Source of the DNA: Octopus sinensis
Taxonomy: Eukaryota
NCBI RefSeq assembly: GCF_006345805.1
Contig: NC_042999.1
Location: forward strand, 96,162,001-96,226,000
Direction: 5' to 3'
Length of the DNA: 64,000 nucleotides
Part shown: in pieces, positions 27,260-39,444 of the stretch
How positions within the stretch are numbered: position 1 is the first letter of the stretch
Layout of the letters: each line of letters starts with the position of its first letter
Position numbers and translations under genes: made by a program
Notes under the pieces: model-generated
Database searches by the model: none
Seen by the model: only the letters and a program-made list of their open reading frames with translations
Told to the model about the DNA's origin: nothing

Positions 27260-27599
27260 GTAAAGAAAACTTAATGTTAGTTACAAAGGGAATAATGGAT
27301 ATTGTGCTTTCAACATTTTTCCCTTTATTTTTATCTCTAATTAACTCTTTTGCATGTTGTAAAATATTTATTCTTTTGAAAGTTTCATTTCCTTTGCATA
27401 TAACTTTTGTTTTATTTTGTTTGTTGTCTTTTTCTTTTTGTTTAGGGGAAACTGGATTTTACTCATTAAATTACTTTGTCCTGAAGGAGTGAATTTGAAT
27501 GGATTGTGAACTAATATTATGTGAAGATTGGTTGGGTGGAATCAAGGATATAGTAGCATAGTTATAGGCTTAAATAATCACAGCTACCTCCTCAAAATC

Positions 27600-29000
27600 C
27601 TCAAATATTTTATGTCAGTTAACTGGTTGGAGATTGATTGCTCCTTGTCACTCATACAATGAAAGCATTCAATGTCAATTGCTCCGAGTGGTTCACTTAC
27701 AGCTGTATTACAATTATGCAAAGAATACTATATACAACATGCTGAGGACATAACTCCCTGTCACCAGTCAAATAAATGCTGACAAAACAATCATCACAGA
27801 AACTGCCTCACTCATTGCATGGTATAGAAATACACTTATCTTAAAAACCATTCCGAACCTGTTGGTCCCCCATTAGAGTCTCTAATAATTTAAAAAATTC
27901 CTCCTACTTTCTACTCTTTGACTAAGATGACTCTAGCACTTACGCAGATAAAACCTTTCAATTTTATTTCTATGTTCTAGATTCAGGCAAAATCTCTCCA
28001 GAACATTCTTTCTTCACTGCACCTGTCTCACATTTACATACATTTGTTAATTATCATCTAGCAAAATAACCAGTTCTGCCTCCAGAGTTAGCTTCTATCT
28101 TCACATGAAAGTCTTAAATCTTTCTATCTCTATCTCAGCTCATGGAAACATGTGATAATATATCTAATTCCCTTATCCAAGCAGTTACCATCCTCTCACT
28201 TACACCATCAACATTACCTTGACTTTATTTCCTTTTTGAGTGACCATCAATAAATTATAGTTCATCAGATCTCCTTGAAACTTGCTCCTCTATGTCTTTT
28301 ATATTTATTAGTGGTATCTTTCCCTTGAGAACTTTGGCAGAATCAGTGTTATTATCCTTGGTGTCAGTGAAGTTTTCAAACTGGCCTGTAATAAAAATAT
28401 CCTTGTAAATTTGTCTGCCATGGGGTTCCATTCACTACATATCTAATAGATTTAGGTACTTCTTCTCAGATCACTAATGCATTATGTGCAGACAGGGTGC
28501 TCTTCTTTCCTACTCTCTGTCAGTCTGCTTTACTATACATTAATAACCTACTAGCTGTTACATTTAACTAGGCATAGTCTTATACACATTTACTATTCTT
28601 TAATTCTCTTCAACTCTGCACACAAGGAATCACTTATACACAACCCAGGAACCATACCAGATTTGCATTGCTTTCATGAACAAAGACATGGAAAAATATC
28701 CCCATTATTTACGTTTGAATACTTCATACATATTTGGGCCAGTCCTGCTGCTACACATTCAAGTATCACAGACTGCTTTCAGAATGGCCACTCAATTGGA
28801 TGGCAAAATTTCAATATGTTATGACTATTGTTTCTTTTCTTTGATTCTGTTAATTATACATCTGCTTCTCTGGGCAAGCAATATATCACCTCTGCTAGGC
28901 TCTCTCTCAAAATACTTGCCACACCTTTTCTTACAGTCCCCAATCTCATCTTAGGAACTCTGCACTAAACACCTTTTCAAAATCTCCCCCTTAGAACAGA
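27600..29000 (-). mobile_element. Highly decayed LINE fragments
   Basis: QGVMSS-like RT motif remnant near 27750; otherwise degenerate. Confidence 0.3.
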
Positions 29001-29311
29001 TTCCTCTGAAATTTTATCCTTACTCATCATTTCATATAGACATCAAGCTATGTATTAAGTGCATCAAATTTATTTGCGTAGCCTGTACATGACCTTAAAC
29101 AGTCAGTGTAATAGCCATCTAAAAATACAGAACACGAAAATAGTTCTATAATTACTCCCATAAAGGATTTCACTTGTTAAGCTAACAATTCTCAAAGTGA
29201 TTTTCTTACTTTTCATTCATCTTCAAAGCCAGCAATCAAAACTCTCTCAGTAATTTTAGGAAAAAATTCACTTCAGTCCTTAAACAGTTCCTTCTAAAAT
29301 TTCCTTTACAG

Positions 29312-29380
29312 GTGACAGATAGAACAAACTGGAAGAAAAAATGGTACAACTTCCATCCCAAAAGGCTGATGTCACACAGT
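29312..29380 (+). CDS. Weak candidate 69-nt phase 0-0 cassette exon (VTDRTNWKKKWYNFHPKRLMSHS)
   Basis: Good acceptor ttcctttacag|gtg, weak donor agt|gtcagt, open frame; no recognised homology. Confidence 0.18.
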
Positions 29381-30104
29381 GTCAGTAACTATTCCAATAT
29401 TTTAGATTTATTATCAGGCCAAATATTGCTTTTATTAACAATATTTCTTTAGATATATTTTATAATATTAGTATGTAAGATATAAACATTTCATCAAAAT
29501 ACATGCATATATATGCATGTGTCTCTCTGTTAATATTTAGATTTGAACAGAAAAAAACCTGTCAATTGTTGAATAACGATAAATTTAAACATCATTAGCA
29601 CTAATATTTTTATCCTGTTATTTACACAAACATTAGATAAAAGTACTTTTTAATGTTCCAAATCTCCAAAAAGATTTTCTCAAGATATTCAGTTTAACGA
29701 TAGCTATTTTAAAATCGAACTAAAGATACATGATCACATCTGAAGCACTATTGTATACATAAAAAGAATACAAAAGGGGATACCAGCTGACAAATGAACC
29801 TCTCTACATGACTCTGCCAATTAGAAATAGTGATCAAATCTCTCTCAAGCCACACTTTGCTATCTAAAAAAAACAATGGAAACTTTAAATAAATTTCCTA
29901 CTTATAATTAAAAGAAACAGAATTGACATAGCTGGAGTGCCTTTGGTTATAAATTCGTTTGATAAAGGGTAATCAGGGGATAAACAACAACTACAATCAA
30001 TGCTACTATATCAATTCCAAATTCTCATATGCCTGTAAAGCATACTGGCATCTTAGTATTCAGATGACATCACTGTCATATTTTCCCATCATTCCACATA
30101 TATA

Positions 30105-30715
30105 GGCACAAGTGTGACTGTGTGATAAGAAGCTTGCTTCCCAACCACATGGTTCCAGGTTCAGTTCCACTGCATGGCACCTTGGGCAAGTGTCTTCTAC
30201 TATAGCCTCAGGCTGACCAAAGCCTTGTGAATAGATTTGGTAGACAAGCTGAAAGAAGCCCGTTGTATTTTATGTATGTGTATATGTATATGTTTGTGTG
30301 TCTGTGTTTGTCCCCTAACCTTCACTTGACAATTGATGTTGGTGTGTGTATGCCCCTGTAACTTAGCAGTTCGGCAAAAGAGATCATCATCATCATCATC
30401 GTTTAGCGTCCGTTTTCCATTCTAGCATGGGTTGGACGGTTCAACTGGGGTCTGTGAAGCCAGAAGGCTTCATCAGGCCCAGTCAGATCTGGCAGTGTTT
30501 CTACGGCTGGATGCCCTTCCTAACACCAACCACTCCGTGAGTGTAGTGGGTGCTTTTTACGTGCCACCCGCACAGGTGCCAGACAGCGCTGGCAAACAAT
30601 AGAATAAGTACACGGCATACAAAGATAAATCCTGGGGTCGATTTCTTCAACTAAAGGTGGTGTTCCAGCATGGCCACAGTCAAATAACTGGAACAAATAA
30701 AAGAATAAAAGAATA
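30105..30715 (+). mobile_element. Family-1 SINE interrupted by an RTE tail
   Basis: Colinear with 43175-43573 on both sides of the insertion. Confidence 0.85.
30384..30596 (-). mobile_element. RTE 3' tail inserted inside a SINE
   Basis: catcatcatcgtttagcgtccgttttcc... interrupts the SINE consensus between ggcaaaagaga and caatagaataagtac. Confidence 0.85.
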
Positions 30716-33065
30716 GCTGCACCATTACTTCAACCAACATTCTTACAAAAAGAAAAGTAGTGATAGTTATGACTGGAATGCTTTTGACCATAAGTTTGCT
30801 CGATTTGGGCCAATCTCAGTGACAACAATAGGAAATATAAATGTGAAAGCTAGTAGGGCTCAAATTCATGTCTTTTTTTTGTGAGAGGTGGATTTGCTTG
30901 GAACTCTGGGTGTTAATTACATGTTTTAACAGAGAAACAAGTTCATGTCATTCTGAATTCTTAGTTTTATCTCCTTTTGTATTCTCTTTATGTTTGCACT
31001 AAAGATTTATTTAAATGTAAATTTATATTCAAATAAGATTTTCTTTAAAGAATAGTTTTATGAATATGTAAATTAAGCGTTTACATTTCTCTAATTCCAG
31101 TGGTATGATGATATCTGACAGCTATGACACTAAAATTTATCATAGCATTAATAAGCTTTATTACTAGCAATTTACTCCATTTGTGGATCCCATTGAATTA
31201 TTATGTAAACAATATAATTCGGTGAAAAGAAATTCAAAGAAGCTAAATCCTGCACCATTTTACATTTAAATATCAATGAACAATGGTTAAATACTACACT
31301 AGATGGCAAATAGTTTCAAATAACTAAATTTAGATATTTTTGCATGGTCATGGATAGCGATTTTTTTTAACCTACTTCTTTAAACGTTATGTTATTGGTT
31401 CTTTCTTGGTAAACATCTACATTTGAATAACATATTTACATAAACTAATTGGTCACCCAACAATGATCTCACTTTCTCTAAAGGCAATCCCACCTTCAGT
31501 AAAATATATACATTGTGTATATTATATTTATCTGATGCCTTTAGTACAATCAGGTCAGTGAGATTAAGTTGTGGTAGTGGTGATGGTGATGGTGGTATGG
31601 TTATGGTAGTGGTGCTGTGACTAAGGGATATAGAAAAATTTTGATTTATTTATTTTGCCTTTTTAAAATTTTATTTACACAGAACATTTCTTCTGCTTGC
31701 CAACTGTTTTATTAGCATTATTTTTGATATTCCATTCAGCTTTTCAATACAATATATGGATGTGTGTATTTGTTTGTGTATGTGTGTGTGTGTGTGTATG
31801 CACGCACACATACCTGTGTTGAAAATTTAAGTATTCAATAGAATACTATTGAATACTTTTACGTCTGATTTTTCATTGTTGTTGTTGTCATTAACTTTGA
31901 TAATGTATATTTAAGTGAATACTTAATAATACTCTTAACCCACAGCAACTTAAAATGTGAAATTTCATGTTCTTTTTAGCAAAATGTGTATTGTTATACT
32001 GCAAGAAGGACAATTCCTTAAAACATATGTAACAAGAAATAATTGGGTCTTATGTGGTCTTTAGAATAACAATGAACAATTTGAAAAAAATGAAATTAAT
32101 GAAAAAAATCTTATTTTTTATGATTTTTTAAATCACTTATATTTTTTCCTAAAATTGCTTTAAAACCATAATGAATGTTACTTGTCCAGTTTACCTTTGA
32201 TTGGCATAATGAGTTTCCTTGAGGTTAAATATTTCAAAACTATATTTTGGTAAAAGCAATGTTCTCATTTTATAGCAAAGCTCAGTAGTGTAAATATGTA
32301 AGTAAAATAATTACTTGTTTGCCTTAACAAAACAATTTAATGTATAATAGAGCAAGTAGCTGAGTATTTCACAGAGATATGTACCCATAGCATAATCGCC
32401 AGAAATAATAATAAATATATTATAATAGCTGATTTGTTTATGCCTGCTTGTAAGCATATAAAATAGAGTTGCTGAAGAAATGATGGAAGGTTACAGATTA
32501 TTTCAAATATTTTAAGCAGTCAACTCTAAGTGAAGTTCAAAATCTGAAATTATAATTATTAAGAGATGTTAAAGTTTAGATATTTCTTTAAAAAGCAGTC
32601 AGCATTTCTATTGATAAAGTTCCCCAGAAGTAGCAAGGTGTTTCACAGAAATATGTCTTTAAAAGAATGGAAGTAAACTAATTTCTCATTTTGTTACACT
32701 GTATTGTTTGCTGGTTAATTTCTATGGATATTGCTATTAAAATGAATGCTACTCTAAAAGGTATGATTTAATTTGAATTCATGTTAACTTTTCCCATTTA
32801 GTTGATATTAAAATAACCATTATTATCTTGATTTTTGTCAATTTAGTAGTAGCATTAGTAAGAATTTAATGAATAATCCAAGTGTAACTTAAAACAGAAA
32901 CAACCTCTTAAATTGCTATCAGTTAGAAATTTATTACAAATCAATTAAATCAAGCAGTTGTGGGTTTATTCTCTAACCATTTGTTGAAAGGAAGCTGACA
33001 ATTAAGCATGAAATCACAGAAGTTTATTAAAAAGAGAGAAATGCACAAATATATAAATTTATATG

Positions 33066-33560
33066 ACCTGTTGACCTGTTGAGGCAAGTGAGAATCAGAA
33101 TCGAAATCGATCAATGGAAATTGCAGCTGAGTTACCAGTGCCGGTGGCACGTAAGAGAACCATCCAAACGTGGCCATTGCCAGCACCGCCCCGGCTGGCC
33201 TCGTGCCGGTGGCACGTAAAAAGCACCATCCATTTGTGGCCATTGCCAGCCTCGCCTGGCCCCCGTGCCGGTGGCATGTAAAAAGCACCATCCCTTTGTG
33301 GCCATTGCCAGCCTCACCTGGCCCCCGTGCCGGTGGCACATAAAAAGCACCATCCGATCGTGACCATTTGCCAGACTCGTCTGGCACGTAAAAAGCACCC
33401 ACTACACTCATGGAGTGGTTGGCGTTAGGAAGGGCATCCAGCTGTAGAAACATTGCCAGATCAAACTGGGCCTGGTGCAGCCTTCTGGCTTCCCAGACCC
33501 CAGTTGAACTGTCCAACCCATGCTAGCATGGAAAACGGACGCTAAACGATGATGATGATA
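33066..33560 (+). mobile_element. RTE LINE 3' UTR fragment with four 62-65 bp tandem units
   Basis: Reverse-complement similarity to 15190-15560; ends ggaaaacggacgctaaacgatgatgatgat; unit starts at 33138, 33203, 33265, 33327. Confidence 0.85.
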
Positions 33561-34237
33561 TGATTCTCTTAGAAATTCCACATGTTTCTTACTAGGTATT
33601 ACTATTGGCATATTACTTAAATTAGTTACTATTTTCTTTAGCAGTGATATTTCACTCCAAAATATATAATGGCACTAGGAGTTCAAATCCTGCTGAGAAA
33701 ACTTAGCTTTTCATCGTTTTAAAGGTGGTAAACAAAGTATAGCCCTGTATTGGAGCTGATTCTTCCCTTTCTCACTTTATGAAAGAAATTGGTCATGATC
33801 AGGCCTGGAGAGAGATGGGCTCTGTCATGTCTAAAATGACCCCCTGATAGCATGCCATAAGTCATGATAGCATCCCTCCAAACTCATCATGGAGTTAAGG
33901 GCTTAAAGCAAACCATCCCTCTAGTAATATAAAGGAAGTTAGGATCCTGATATAAGTTTCAATTTTGAAAATAAAAACATTGAAATAAATTAGATTTTTA
34001 ATATTTTCTTTTAATGCCGTAAAAATCATGAAATACTATGTCCAATAAACCTGGAAAAGTACATCAAAATACTTTTTTTTTTTTTTGGTACTGCAAAAAA
34101 CAATTTTTTCAGCATAAGAATTATTAAACTATTTATGATTAACACTTTTCTTCAAAAGTAATTGGAGAAATACCGATGATATACTTTTCAAAAAAATTAT
34201 AAAATTTGTATTGATATCAATATAAATACATCCTATA

Positions 34238-34385
34238 TTTTGAGTTCAAATTCCGCCAAGGTCAACTTTGCCTTTCATCCTTTCAGAGTTGATAAATTAA
34301 GTACCAGTTGTGTACTGGGGTCAATCTAATTGACTGGCCCTTTCCCAAAAATTTCAGGCATTGTGCCTAGAGTAGAAAAGAAAAT
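34238..34385 (+). mobile_element. SINE family 2 (partial)
   Basis: gagttcaaattccgccaaggtcaactttgcctttcatcc...gtaccagttgtgtactggggtcaatc. Confidence 0.8.
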
Positions 34386-35593
34386 TAAATATGTCCATGA
34401 CCATCTTATTGTGCAAAAGATCAAGTTCCAGTATAGAGTTTACAAACCATATCTATTTGTTATAAGGTTTCTCTGACTAAGTAGAATTTAAAAAATGTAA
34501 TAGATAATGCACACTACAACTATTTTGTAAAGCATTTCAAGTTTCTAACTTGAAGCTAATTACAATTTTAATGTTATTGTCAGTCATGTCAGACACTAGA
34601 TATTAGATTTGCTAATCAAATTTATTTAATACTGTGACAGTATCAGTTAATATTAAATTAACTGATCTAATTAAATTTAATAAAAATCATCGTATGAATT
34701 ATTTTGCCTCACTGAAATTCTGCTTACAATAAAAGTAAAAAAATATTTATGTAATGTTTCTTAGTTCACCACAATATATACCATCTATAATAATTATTCT
34801 CATAATGTACGCTAAAATTTTCTGATTAATTTGACTACCTTACACCATTAGATCTTTGGTCAATTATTTTATATTATTCTCAAGGATTACAAGGCAACAA
34901 AAATAGTATTTTCATTAATTGCATTACTACTGAATATTTAAATACCAGCACAATCTCTATATGCATTGAAATTCACGTGGTATTGGGCCCCACAATACAA
35001 ATGCTGTATTAGCTAAAACATTATATACAAACACTTTGGGGTGGAGGTGGGGGAAGTGTTTGTTTAACCACAAAATACTGGTTATAGACATAACTAGGTG
35101 TTTTAAAAGTTTGCTTCAAAACACATTATTCCAAGTCCAATTTCAGAGCTGCACTATGTGAATGAAATTAGATAGAAGCCCATTACATGTGCACGTGTGT
35201 GTGTGTGTACAGAGGGAGGTATGGCTGTGTATAAGTGTACGTATGGCTGTAGAAATGTTTACGTCCCAACAACAGTCATACTAAATTATTATAAATTACA
35301 TCCTGACTCTGTGATGTGTGTGTGTAATGATCACTTAGCTCTCACTGTCCCAGCCAACATAGCTGTAAGTGATATAATTGACAGAAATTAGCAGTTTCAT
35401 AATGTAAAATTGAGTGTTAGATAGCAATTCTTAATTCTATTCTACTTTTGAGTACACTTGGAGATATATGGGCACCCACTAAACAGTTATTGCCTAGTAG
35501 AGTTTCCAATAAGGCAGTAAGTTAATAGTAATTGTGCTTTTAAATAAGTCCATGAAAGAAATCATTTTTGTTGGCAATATCTAAGAGATATTT

Positions 35594-35800
35594 AAGGTGG
35601 AAGACAGGTAGAATTGTTAGCACACCAGGTGAAATGATTAGTAGCATTACATCTGTATTTCATTATCAGTTCAAATTCTGCCAAGGTCAACTTTGTTTTT
35701 CATCCTTTCAGGGTTGGTAAAATAAGTATTAGTTGAACACTGGGGTCGATGTAATCAACTTACAATCTTGGTAGTGTTGTGCCAAAATTTGAAACCAGTC
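35594..35800 (+). mobile_element. SINE family 2
   Basis: Head aaggtggaagacaggtagaattgttagcac plus the same core. Confidence 0.75.
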
Positions 35801-36796
35801 TCTAAAAGATATTTGATCTTTATTACAACTAAACATATATTCACTTTTACAGGTGGTAGTTCCATTTTGTTTTGTGTTCTGATGATTTAGACTTCTAAAA
35901 AAAAGGTTGTTGTTTTTTTTTAACTTGAAAAGATATTTGGTAACAATTAAAAATCACTAATATTTGTAATATTGCATTGGAGAAATTATGTTCTAAATAT
36001 ATTGTAAAGCTAAAATCTAGTGTTATTACAAAATTATATGCCAATCAAGCCAAATTATGAAACTTATTATCAAATATCTTTTCATCTACACTCCAATTTA
36101 CTTTGGTGACATCATAAAATGTATTTTTCTGTAATTGCTCTTTTATTATATTATCTGAAGGAAATACAGATCTAAAAATTTTCAAGTAATCATTTTATAT
36201 TTTAAATAGCACTTTGATTACTTTGTTGCTGCAGTATCTAATAAATCTGTGAAATCATCCTCATTTCATTTTAAAGCGAACCATGTAAAATAAATGCTAA
36301 TTTCCTTTAATAATGTAGTATAATGTTTCAGGTCATCTCTGAAGAAGAAATTGTCCTCAAAGCCTGCTCCTAAGCAATTACCTGTCTTATATTATTCCTT
36401 TTTATATGTCAATTTTGTCACTTCCTATCCCCTTGTAATTTCCAATTGTTGACTCCTTCCTATTTCTATAGTTTCCCCACACTACTTTTCTCATTCCCTT
36501 AATTTTATTGTTAAAATCATGATGTTATTGTTTACAATAGCCGGATTGCATCTATATATAGAAGTGCAATCTTTTCCCTCTTGTTCTAAAAAATTTTTTC
36601 ACCCACTATTTAAAGAGATACAATAATCATGTGCACATGCGCACACATACACACACAGATACATATACACAGGCACACATACACAGGCACACACACACAC
36701 ACACACACATAACTTCTGTAATATACCTCTGCAATATTGTTATATGCTCATGCTATAAAATTGAGAAGGTAACATCTTTTTCCTGCTTTGATGCAG

Positions 36797-36853
36797 CAGC
36801 ATGCTGGGTATTTCTCACCTAGAGCAAAGGGAAAACACTGCACACATAACCAG
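36797..36853 (+). CDS. Candidate 57-nt phase 0-0 cassette exon of sif (QHAGYFSPRAKGKHCTHNQ)
   Basis: Pyrimidine tract with tandem acceptor (catctttttcctgctttgatgcag|cag), strong donor cag|gtaagc, open frame; no recognised homology. Confidence 0.3.
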
Positions 36854-38344
36854 GTAAGCTGTGAACATAACCTCCTGCTTGCCAGACCCAATATTGTACC
36901 CTATTAGCACTTGCTCACCTTGGTATTGGGGTAAAAATTTCACTGACCACTATACATATATATATATATATATATGTGCTTGGCAATATCATGAGATATT
37001 TTCCAAAACATAAGCAAATTTACAAAGTAAGTTGGTATGATAATTTTCATGAATTATACTTCATTAAAAGTAACTTCAATTCCATTAACTATTAATAAAT
37101 TTTTTAAATCTTCAAAATTTTCTACATATTACTTTTAAATACAGTTTTCTAGCTAATTACAATAAAATTTCTGAACTGTATAAATATAAAATATATTAGT
37201 TTGATCTAAGCCTAAAGGCTGAGAGAAAGCAAATTAATTATTGAATGCCTCTATGATATTCCAAGCAAGGTGATTTTTGGTGATGGTTGGATATGTTTAG
37301 TGGGAGAAAATTTATTTGTATATTGTCCATCTATTGTTGTACTAGTAAATGTCTTTAACCATGGATGAAAGAATTTGTCTTAACCTCTGTTGTGGTTCCA
37401 TACTGTTTAATATTTGAATGACTAATATTTGCAACAAATTTGTGAAGTTGGTTGTTGTTTGAAAACACAACTGTGCATCTGAATGTTATTGTAAATAACC
37501 AGCACTTATGTATCCAACAGAAGCAGTTTAGATGGAGTTTCTCTGACAATAATTATTCCATATACACATTTGTTTGTGGCATGTGTATATGTTTCAAAAT
37601 ATACTTATTTCACTTTTAGTTCAATTTCTACACACATCATTTGTTATAATAATGTGATATTTCAATAATGTGTAAACTGTTATATATAAACATAAGTGAG
37701 TGTGTGTGTGTGTATCTACACACACACACTCTTACACATGTGTGTGTTTCTATTGGTTTCACAAGATTTTAATATGAAACTATGGCTTCAAATAAATAAT
37801 GTTGTACTTCAGGATGACATTCTTCCAATAAAAACACATGCACTGCTTGTAGTACACATCTATCTTATCATCAATTTACTAATTAGTTGATTAATAAAAT
37901 AATTAGTTTATTTTTCAGAATTATTTCCACACATTTGTAAACTTCTCAGTATCCCTTATTTGCACTTGCTCCATATTAGTATTGTACAATGTAACATTTA
38001 TCTGTACCTAGCATTTATGTGTTTGGATATGTATATACTGCGTGTTTGTACAATTATAATTGGGGTGCTTGAGTTGTATGCACTTGTGTAAATGGATGTG
38101 TGTGTGTGTGAGAGCAAAGTTTTGTTGTCATCAAATGTTTTGGTATTTGTTTTCATAATATGGACACACAAACATACACAGACACCTATTTATATTTGCT
38201 TTTATACATTTTCTTTTATTGATGACAAAACTTGCATTCCTGTTCTAAAAATTTGCAGCTTATGGCTTTCTTTTCTCATAAGTTCATCTGTTTGTGTTTG
38301 TAAAAATGTCTCTAGTGCATATATATGTATGTGTGTATGTATGC

Positions 38345-38345
38345 A

Positions 38346-38387
<42 letters not shown>

Positions 38388-38390
38388 TGA

Positions 38391-38448
<58 letters not shown>
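38345..38448. repeat. (TA)n microsatellite
   Basis: Direct reading. Similar TA/CA/TG tracts occur at about 14990, 15115, 15950, 16225-16390, 20905, 22615, 38697, 41510, 42230-42360 and 51500-51760. Confidence 0.95.
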
Positions 38449-38450
<2 letters not shown>

Positions 38451-38693
38451 TTGCTATTATGTTAAACTGCTGTATGTCTAAATTTGTCCAAATGCATTTT
38501 TTTCAATATTTATTTTTGCTTGCAATAGCCGTTTCATTTGGTCAAACTATCGTATCTCCAGCTGCTTCACAGGCCAAGATATCAAAAATTGCCAAACTGT
38601 AGTACAACAGTTTTGCTATGGAATGTTGAAAGTATATTTACGTTTTCAGAAATAACAATGTTTTAGACTTACAACATTTTTGCATAATAGCAA

Positions 38694-38730
<37 letters not shown>

Positions 38731-39444
38731 CACATACATATATGGCAAATAAGAAAATGGAGAGGATATAAAATCGACAGACATCATCCAGTAAACATTC
38801 AAGTATGTCTATTTATTCAATTGTAAAGGACGAATACACTCACATGTATTAGTTATACAGATTAGGAAGTGGAAAAATCCAGTAACTGCATAGACAAGGG
38901 TGTGAATACATATAAGTATATAGAAACAAATGAGCAACTGAGCAAATGAGCAAAAATACCCACCAGTGGATTTTATAAATACCATGGATTTTATAAATAC
39001 TTTGTGGGTTATCTGTACCTTATTTCCCCTTGCTATGCTCACATTATTGTACTCTGCTGTATTTCACTTATATTCTTATTTTTGCTCTTATTGTTTTTCT
39101 TATTCTACTCTATTTAAAAGGATAAGCATACCTTATCTATTCTTAATTGACTTTTATATGTGTTACCCCCCCCCCCAACTACTTAGACCCTCTGAAAAAG
39201 CATAGGGGTACAACCATTATCCATGCCTTGTCTGTACATTCCTGCATAACATTTAAGTGGTGGAGATAACCTGGAAGAATTGGTTGCCTCTTGGCAGAAA
39301 CAGTCGTAAGGAACTAGTACCTGCACACCTATTTATATTTTTGCTCATTTGCTCAGTTGCTCATTTGTTTCTATATATTTATATGCATTCACACCCCTGT
39401 CTCTGCATTTATCAGATTTTTCTACTCGCTAATCTGTATAATTA

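Noticed and set aside
32950-33516. 188-aa minus-strand ORF
   Set aside because: Antisense reading of a GC-rich RTE 3' UTR tandem repeat; ORFs at 15213 and 56103-56544 are the same kind
36330-36400. ttcag|g tca tct ctg aag aag aaa ttg tcc tca aag cct gct cct aag (SSLKKKLSSKPAPK), or VISEEEIVLKACS in another frame
   Set aside because: Weak pyrimidine tract, no convincing donor, and the RBD-like frame hits a stop
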